From: Nemertoderma westbladi
Taxonomy: Eukaryota > Animalia > Xenacoelomorpha
Reading direction: 5' to 3'
Length of the DNA: 64,000 bases
Assembly (NCBI GenBank): GCA_032718475.1
Contig: JAUCBJ010008860.1
Location: 1-64,000, forward strand
The notes beneath the pieces were generated by a model, which saw only the letters and a list, made by a program, of their open reading frames with translations, was not told the DNA's origin and searched no databases. Each line of letters opens with the position of its first letter. Positions within the stretch are counted from its first letter, which is position 1. Made by a program: the position numbers and the translations under genes. Below are positions 57,513-64,000 of this stretch, piece after piece.

Positions 57513-60500
57513 TTGTCGCCCGTTGTCCCTCGTCCGCTCGCTACAACGTTGGCGACTCCCGCTTCGGCGGTCGAATGGGTGGACGAGAGACGGCGGGGGA
57601 TGGATATCCTGCTCGGGCAGATGCAGGAGACTGTCCAGCAATTCAAGGGCACAGTAAGGGAAAGTAAGCTAGAGTTGCAAGAAGTGCAGCAAAGTATCGC
57701 GCTCGAACGCGATAAATTAGTAAATACACAAAAGGGTATACCACCACCCTCTGTAACAATGTGTCAACCTGTTAGGTCTGAAGTATCGCATGCGCAAGGT
57801 GTGGAGCCTACACGCATCTATACTGCTAGCGAAGTAGAAACTCCTATAGTGAACCCTATTAAGGGTAATTATAGACCTGTTGATAATGATATTCCATATA
57901 GAACTGATCATAATCCGAGAAATTTATATACCGATAACTCGATATTAAACAACACGATGGCCCAAGAAAGTTTTACGCGTCAAATGGCTAGAACCGAAGC
58001 CCGGCAAGCGGTAAAGGTGGGAGAGATCGTCAAGTTCAATGGAGATGAGATGAAATGGTTACCTTTTAATGAATATTACAAAGATAACATACAGAACTCT
58101 GTACTATCTAATGGAGAAAAACTTAGATACCTCATCGAGTGCTTAGAAGGATCTCCCAAGTTAATGGCGTTAAAGTTTATTGGACATCCAGACGGATTAA
58201 GACAAGTTTGGGATACACTAAACATCAGGTATGGTAATAGGACTAACATAGCTAGGTATTTATATGCGAAATTAATGGCGCCCCGAAAGTTTCTTAGCAG
58301 CGGGATTATAGAGTTTTCCGATGAGATTCAGGAGATCTGTAGACAACTAGATTGGTTAGGTAAGTCTCATGAATACCAGAATTCTATGGTTGTAGGAGCC
58401 TTAGCATCTACTTTGCCCAAGGGTGGAGTAGGTGCACGCTGGGATAAGAAAGTGTTATATATGATGGAACAACAACGACGAGACCCTACCATGGCTGATC
58501 TCATGTCATTCTTAGATGGAGAAGTGAAATTACAGCTCCTAAGGCAGTCCATAGAGAAGACACTGGAAAACAAGGTAAGTGAGAAACCCGTTTCTAGGAG
58601 AAGGGTAACACCAGTGTGTTATACAGACGACGGCGAAAGCCAGACTTCTCAAGGAGAGGATAGCGGGAAAGACACTGAAAGATCTTATTATGTCAATAAA
58701 ACGCCTAAAGACCAGGTAAGTAAATTCAAGTCTCGAACCAATGACAGGAGAGAACAGGTAAGAAAAACTCCTCCTACGTCTCCCAAGAGAATTCAGGTGA
58801 GAAAGCCCGAGGAAAGAACAAGTGTGCACCACATAGCACAGGTTAAAGTAAGTAACATCAAACCGAAATGTGCGCTATGTGACGGGACCCATCGCTTAAA
58901 TATGTGTGATAAATTCCTGAGGAAATCACTAAAGGATAGACGTGAAGTCATGTGGGATAAGCGGTTGTGTTATAATTGCCTCAGACGAGGACACCAACGG
59001 CGAACCTGTTACTCCGACGCAAGGTGTGCAAAGTGCGGCGCAAAACATCATATCTTGTTGCACACGGAATTCGAACGAAACAGCCCGAGTCAGGTAAGTG
59101 AGTCCGAACTACATGTCCAATTCAGTGATGTGAACGACACTGATCAATCTGAGATGGAAGGATTCTATACGGACGAGTTCTCCGACGAAAACGAATCCTG
59201 TTACTTAATAAACACCACCGCAGTGTATCGAGCACTCATGTATGAGAAAGACACAGACAGCGACCTCACCCTAACTACTTCAGATCAACAACCATCTTGG
59301 AAAGCGCCAACTTCCAATATAGGAATCCGAGAATTTCCTGTAGTCCAGTTACGGGTCCACGGACCTCAGAAGAGCTATATAGTGAACGCCCTCCTGGACT
59401 CCGGTAGCACAGGAACATTCATCGATAAAGAACTAGCCGAAGTCATCTTTGCTGGACAAACCAAGTTCCGAACCAAGCTAAACATGTCAGGGATCATGCA
59501 GGTTTGGAATTCTACTGTAGCTGCCGACTATTATATAGGTGAGTTGTCCACTCCACAGGATAAACTAGGAGAATACAGTATAAGGTCAGTCAAAATGGTG
59601 GCAATAAAGAACTTCGCTACCACCCAAGTGGAACCTTATAATTGGGACGAAGATGATCATGCCCAACAACTTAACATTCCTAGATTCGACACCGATTATC
59701 CTGGAGTACAAATATTAATCGGTCAAAACGCGCATGAGGCGCTGGAGACATTGGACAAACGACCTGCTCAACCGCAACCACTTCAGACCTATGCGGTAAG
59801 AACTAGAGTAGGTTGGTACCTTACTGGACCTTCCCGAAGAACGCTCAGAGAAAGACTGCTTCAAGATCGCGTCTTCCAGGTGAGTGAATGGGAAGATGAT
59901 ACTAGTGAGGGAGACGACCCAACTGAGGGAACACCATACTCCTCAGATAATGACGATATTAGCTCCAAAGTAGATCAATGGAGATATTGCCCCAAGAAGT
60001 TTAATCCAACTGACATCGCTTCCAGAGGAGCAACTCCTCAAGAACTGACAGATACTACCGACCGGTTAGGTGAACCAGACTTCCTGAGTAAGGAGGATGA
60101 ATGGCCTCCCCATTTTACTCCGACTGAGATTAGACCAGCCAAGAAGAGACCGGAGAAAGTCAAACCTAAAACCCGGACGGGTGGATCGGAGTTATTTGAA
60201 CCCGGGATAGATCTGTCGGTATTACATATTGCCAGGGACGACGCCGTGGATCTGGACTTCCCCACCGCGAGTGGATCCTTCATGAAGATCAGAGAGAGCG
60301 ATTGGAGCTCTGGAACATCAGATGTCTCGCAGGGACTCTCACCTCTCCTGCAGGGAGCGACGGACCACTATAGCTCCTGGAATCGGCTTTGTAAGGCCGT
60401 CGTGTACTTAGAGCGATGTTTCTATCGTCACTATTCCAGGACGAAGAGGAAACCTGGAATTGTATTCGGGATGCAGCGACTCAATCACCCAGTCGGTCGT

Positions 60501-60611
60501 TTGTGTTTACCGGAAGGGAATGGAGGACTCTCCGGAAACTGTGGAAGGCAAGATTCTCTTCCCACGACCACCTCCCTAATCCTTCAAACATCTAGGGACT
60601 CCATAACGTAA
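57513..60611 (+). CDS. Element 2 ORF-B: BEL/Pao Gag core, three Cys/His knuckles, aspartic protease, RNase H C-terminal remnant
   Basis: KFNGDEMKWLPF...EKLRYLIECLEG; CALCDGTHRLNMC / CYNCLRRGHQRRTC / CAKCGAKHHILLH; ALLDSGSTGTFI; YAVRTRVGWYLTG; QWRYCP..NPTDIASRG..PDFL..EWP; YSSWNRL. The frame is open from 57396, overlapping ORF-A in +1. Confidence 0.9.
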   Translation: MSPVVPRPLATTLATPASAVEWVDERRRGMDILLGQMQETVQQFKGTVRESKLELQEVQQSIALERDKLVNTQKGIPPPSVTMCQPVRSEVSHAQGVEPTRIYTASEVETPIVNPIKGNYRPVDNDIPYRTDHNPRNLYTDNSILNNTMAQESFTRQMARTEARQAVKVGEIVKFNGDEMKWLPFNEYYKDNIQNSVLSNGEKLRYLIECLEGSPKLMALKFIGHPDGLRQVWDTLNIRYGNRTNIARYLYAKLMAPRKFLSSGIIEFSDEIQEICRQLDWLGKSHEYQNSMVVGALASTLPKGGVGARWDKKVLYMMEQQRRDPTMADLMSFLDGEVKLQLLRQSIEKTLENKVSEKPVSRRRVTPVCYTDDGESQTSQGEDSGKDTERSYYVNKTPKDQVSKFKSRTNDRREQVRKTPPTSPKRIQVRKPEERTSVHHIAQVKVSNIKPKCALCDGTHRLNMCDKFLRKSLKDRREVMWDKRLCYNCLRRGHQRRTCYSDARCAKCGAKHHILLHTEFERNSPSQVSESELHVQFSDVNDTDQSEMEGFYTDEFSDENESCYLINTTAVYRALMYEKDTDSDLTLTTSDQQPSWKAPTSNIGIREFPVVQLRVHGPQKSYIVNALLDSGSTGTFIDKELAEVIFAGQTKFRTKLNMSGIMQVWNSTVAADYYIGELSTPQDKLGEYSIRSVKMVAIKNFATTQVEPYNWDEDDHAQQLNIPRFDTDYPGVQILIGQNAHEALETLDKRPAQPQPLQTYAVRTRVGWYLTGPSRRTLRERLLQDRVFQVSEWEDDTSEGDDPTEGTPYSSDNDDISSKVDQWRYCPKKFNPTDIASRGATPQELTDTTDRLGEPDFLSKEDEWPPHFTPTEIRPAKKRPEKVKPKTRTGGSELFEPGIDLSVLHIARDDAVDLDFPTASGSFMKIRESDWSSGTSDVSQGLSPLLQGATDHYSSWNRLCKAVVYLERCFYRHYSRTKRKPGIVFGMQRLNHPVGRLCLPEGNGGLSGNCGRQDSLPTTTSLILQTSRDSIT

Positions 60612-62267
60612 CAACATATGGAGTGGGTGTGTGACTCTATTATTTTATATTATTTTATTATTTTTATATTATGTATGTATTATTATGTAATTTTATTATA
60701 ATCGTTTTCTTTAATTTCATTTAGTAGAATGTTATTTTAGCGATTATTTATTAGATTAGTGCAATATATATTCGCGTTTATTACTTAATTACGTATATAT
60801 TATATTTAGTGCGACGGCGAGAAATAATTCTTTTCCTCCTTCCTTACTGTCCGTATTGCATTACAAATACGTAACTACAGTAAGATGACATATCCGTACT
60901 TATTAAAGTACAATAAAGCCACTACTATATTCAAGTATTATTGGTAGGCAGAGTATTAGGAATGCAAAGTTCAGATCCTCGTGTCTCGGCTAAACCAAGC
61001 TCTGGGTAGACCTTGGAAACGACTTGCCTCTTCACACTGACATTGCTTCGTGCGATATTGCTCTCATACCGTATATTAAATAATACATATAGTAGCGTGA
61101 TGTCCCTTTAACAGTAGCGTATAACGCAAAATAAATCTGTTAAACCCTTTGACCATCTGTAATTCTAGTCGATTAAGATATCGCGGCACCCACCGATATA
61201 CTTGAAAGACAAATTCTAGAATCAGTGGTTAACGTCCCCAGACATGTTCTGGAATAAATCGGTGCCCATCTCAAATATTAATTATTTAATATTTGCAAAT
61301 CTAATGAGTCAAAATCTGTAAAATTCGGATCCTTCAACAATTCTGGTCGATTGAGATATCGTAGCATTTACCGATATTCTTAAAAGGACAATTTTCATAG
61401 AATTAAGGATCTTGTGTCCCCAGACATGTTCTAGAATCAAAATATGTCAATTTAATTATCAAATAATAAAATTTCAGGGAATAAATTTAAATTCATGCCT
61501 TTTAATGAATTTAATAAATTGCCATTTTTACGCAATTTATAACATTCCCAAAATTCCATTAATTAATAGATCAAGGGAGCGGAGATTTATCTTATTATGC
61601 GTATGAGTGTGCGAAAGTCTCCCAAACATAGTCAATAGCCGATAAAATTCATAAAGCCATGTATAAAACAGGACATTGACCATTAAAGAATTACTATTAA
61701 ATAACATCCCAGATCTGTATGCATTGGAATTACCCTAATTCTACCGCTAGCTTTGCATAATGTCACCATAGCAACAACCACGCTAGAATTAGAATTGAGT
61801 TAAAAGAACAATAGAAAGCTTGTCCCATTGAATAGCATAGGGAATAAATAGCGCACTGCTAGTATCCAAGGATACATAATAATACAGTGACATTCTGGAA
61901 GGCATTGACTAACGGACAAATGGCCCGAGTGTGTGTAATTTGTGACAAGTTGTGTGTGTGGTATTTGTGAGTTTATAGGCGAATGTTACTACTAAGGTGT
62001 GTTTACAGTAGCGAGTCGCAATTGTGAAAGTAACCCTAACTCTCCAGTAAGAACCTGAGGTGTATCTAAGCCTTTGGGACGGACAGTCGAGTGACTTGTG
62101 CCGGTTGTCGTTGTCGTTGTGCGGCTACGTCGTTGGCGAAAGTACAGCGGCGACGACACATCGGCGCTGAGGATCTCGCACTGTCCGGGGGCTGATTGGG
62201 GTAGGCAGCGACGCCCGCTCGCCTAAATATAAACTCATTATAATATGGATAAATTTATATAGCAGAT

Positions 62268-63600
62268 ATGATTGAGTTGATAGAAGATGATCTTGGTATC
62301 AGGGAGTGATATACTCTACTTTTACAAGCGTTTGTTGATAGCTTAATACGCGGCGACGTTAGTCCAACTGCTGCGGAGGACGATGGTCGTTATATCGAAC
62401 CGCCAATGTCCCAAGAGCAGCTCACGCGTGAGTTGGACTATAGAAAATTCGCTGCTCGATATACGCAGCGTAATGGTACGTATATGGGCTTCTTAACTAT
62501 TGGCCATTCTATCGATTTACACGATACGGACTATGTCGAACATATCCTACCCAGAGGAGTCGAAACGATAAACCAAAATTCTAATGCGAAAATCCTATTC
62601 GAAATCGACTCGAAAGAAAAGACATTAAAGAAACAAATAAACTCGGTAACTCCAACATATATTTGGAATTCTTGATGGAAGCATTGTAACAACAAATAAA
62701 TATCATCCGCGTTTCCCCTACCAGACGTGCGTCTTTGGTATTATTACGATAAATGCCCTAGACCCAGCCAATAAACGGAAAGACATAAACATCCACGGAA
62801 ACGTTGTGTTAAACACAGTTGTACTCATTATATTTACTGGAGTTTCGAGCGAAACTTGTTTGACGTATCACCTATGCTCACTCGGCTCGAACGATCCTGG
62901 AGTAAACCTACGATCAGAGTCCCGGAATACTCGGTCAAACCTCCTCATTCCTTAGTTGGACCTCAGACCTGCGATCCTGGTGGTGTCGCGGATCCTCGCG
63001 GACTGTATTCACTGTTCAAAGATCTAGTGCTACCCTAACAATTAATCGGTAACACTCCGACAGTGATTTCTAGCTAGCCGCCCATCTTACCTAGCCGGAT
63101 TGTGACGCGGACACCTAATATCACTATCCAACCGTATGGTCGTCCCCGTTTAACGCGATACAACCCCTCATCAAGGTGAAGGAGAGCGTTGTACGAAACG
63201 AGTTAAACGCTATTCTATAAAGATCAAAAAAGAAACCTGCGTTTGTTCAGATAAACGTAAGTTATAACAGTAAGTCCAGTCGATAAACGAATTGGCCTTA
63301 TCTCAATTCGATTGGGAAATCCAGAATCTCTAAGAAGTTATCGAACTTGGACGATCCTATTCTCTGCGAGAGTTTTTGGATGAACGTATCCAGCTACGAG
63401 CGGAGGAAAATCAGCTCGAGGAGAAGCATATCGAAACGGCAGATACCTCGACCATAATCCTACACCTTCTGATGCAATCATATTGCACCCTTCACCCAGG
63501 AGTTATGGCCCTCCTAGTAAAGTGGCTCCCCCCAAAGAGAAAAAGACTCTTGCTAGCCTCAAAAAACTGCGTAAACGCCGTCTGCGTAAGAAAGACTAAC
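62268..63600 (+). pseudogene. Decayed additional ORF in the 3' region of element 2, unknown product
   Basis: One frame reads protein-like from ATG 62268 through ORF-track pieces 62406-62675 and 62856-63038 with a few stops, then shifts to a coiled-coil-like piece (REFLDERIQLRAEENQLEEK). Confidence 0.45.
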
Positions 63601-63677
63601 TGTTTAGAGTATCTTTATATTTTAGAAACTGTGATTTGTTTTATTTTATAGACTTAAATCCCATTTTCTGGGAGCGG

Positions 63678-64000
63678 TGTAAAAGCTTTTGCGTAATTAG
63701 CCGGTTATTTTCCCGTAAAGTACTCTGTAGTTGGTTTACCAGGCATAAAAAGGCCGTGTCCTTACTGTACTGGTGTTTTAGAGGACATAAAAGTCATTTC
63801 TTCTGTATGTGTACTTTAAAGGACATAATCCGTAATTTCGTGACGCAATAGCTGGATACTCTTGAAAACAGTGGCGCTACCATGACGACGGCTAGCAGCT
63901 GATATTGCCACGTCGACAGTTCTTTGTTTCTTTGTTCTCTCGTTGTTCGGTTGACCAATCAGAGCGTTTGTTGTCTCTGTGTTGGAGGTGTATACAGAGG
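63678..64000 (+). repeat. 3' LTR of element 2 (truncated by window end)
   Basis: Matches 52347-52669; preceded by PPT-like gggagcgg. Confidence 0.93.

Larger units (their letters stand above)
52347..64000 (+). mobile_element. BEL/Pao LTR retrotransposon element 2, non-autonomous (no RT, no integrase core), >11.6 kb
   Basis: Direct repeats starting TGTAAAAG at 52347 and 63678; purine tract gggagcgg before the second; internal Gag-protease ORFs. Confidence 0.92.

Noticed and set aside
61120-61600. Small repeated segments (gtcgatt.agatatcg...gtccccagacatgttct) in element 2 spacer
   Set aside because: Probably a nested non-autonomous element fragment, but termini and TSD could not be defined well enough to call.

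Overview
Repeat-rich eukaryotic (most likely invertebrate animal) DNA, not prokaryotic. There are two host genes, both on the minus strand. The first is a six-exon NICE-3/C1orf43-family gene that I assembled by hand across about 11768-44321; its introns hold most of the satellites and transposons in the window. The second is an intronless nucleolin-like gene (49888-51693). Both ends of the window are occupied by two related BEL/Pao LTR retrotransposons, and both lack reverse transcriptase. Element 1 (minus strand) keeps one uninterrupted frame of at least 1912 codons that the ORF track misses because it runs off the left edge: Gag, three Cys/His knuckles, protease, a low-complexity linker and the pre-integrase region. 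Element 2 (plus strand, 52347 to beyond 64000) has LTRs that are identical over the 323 comparable bases, Gag-protease, only scraps of RNase H, and a decayed extra 3' ORF. Also present: a nearly intact RTE LINE inserted in a satellite, several degenerate LINE and Gypsy fragments, nested non-autonomous DNA transposons with recognisable TIRs/TSDs, and at least ten tandem arrays. Several arrays sit right at exon boundaries of the NICE-3 gene and multiply splice signals or the start codon. All family assignments come from motif recognition by eye, not database searches.
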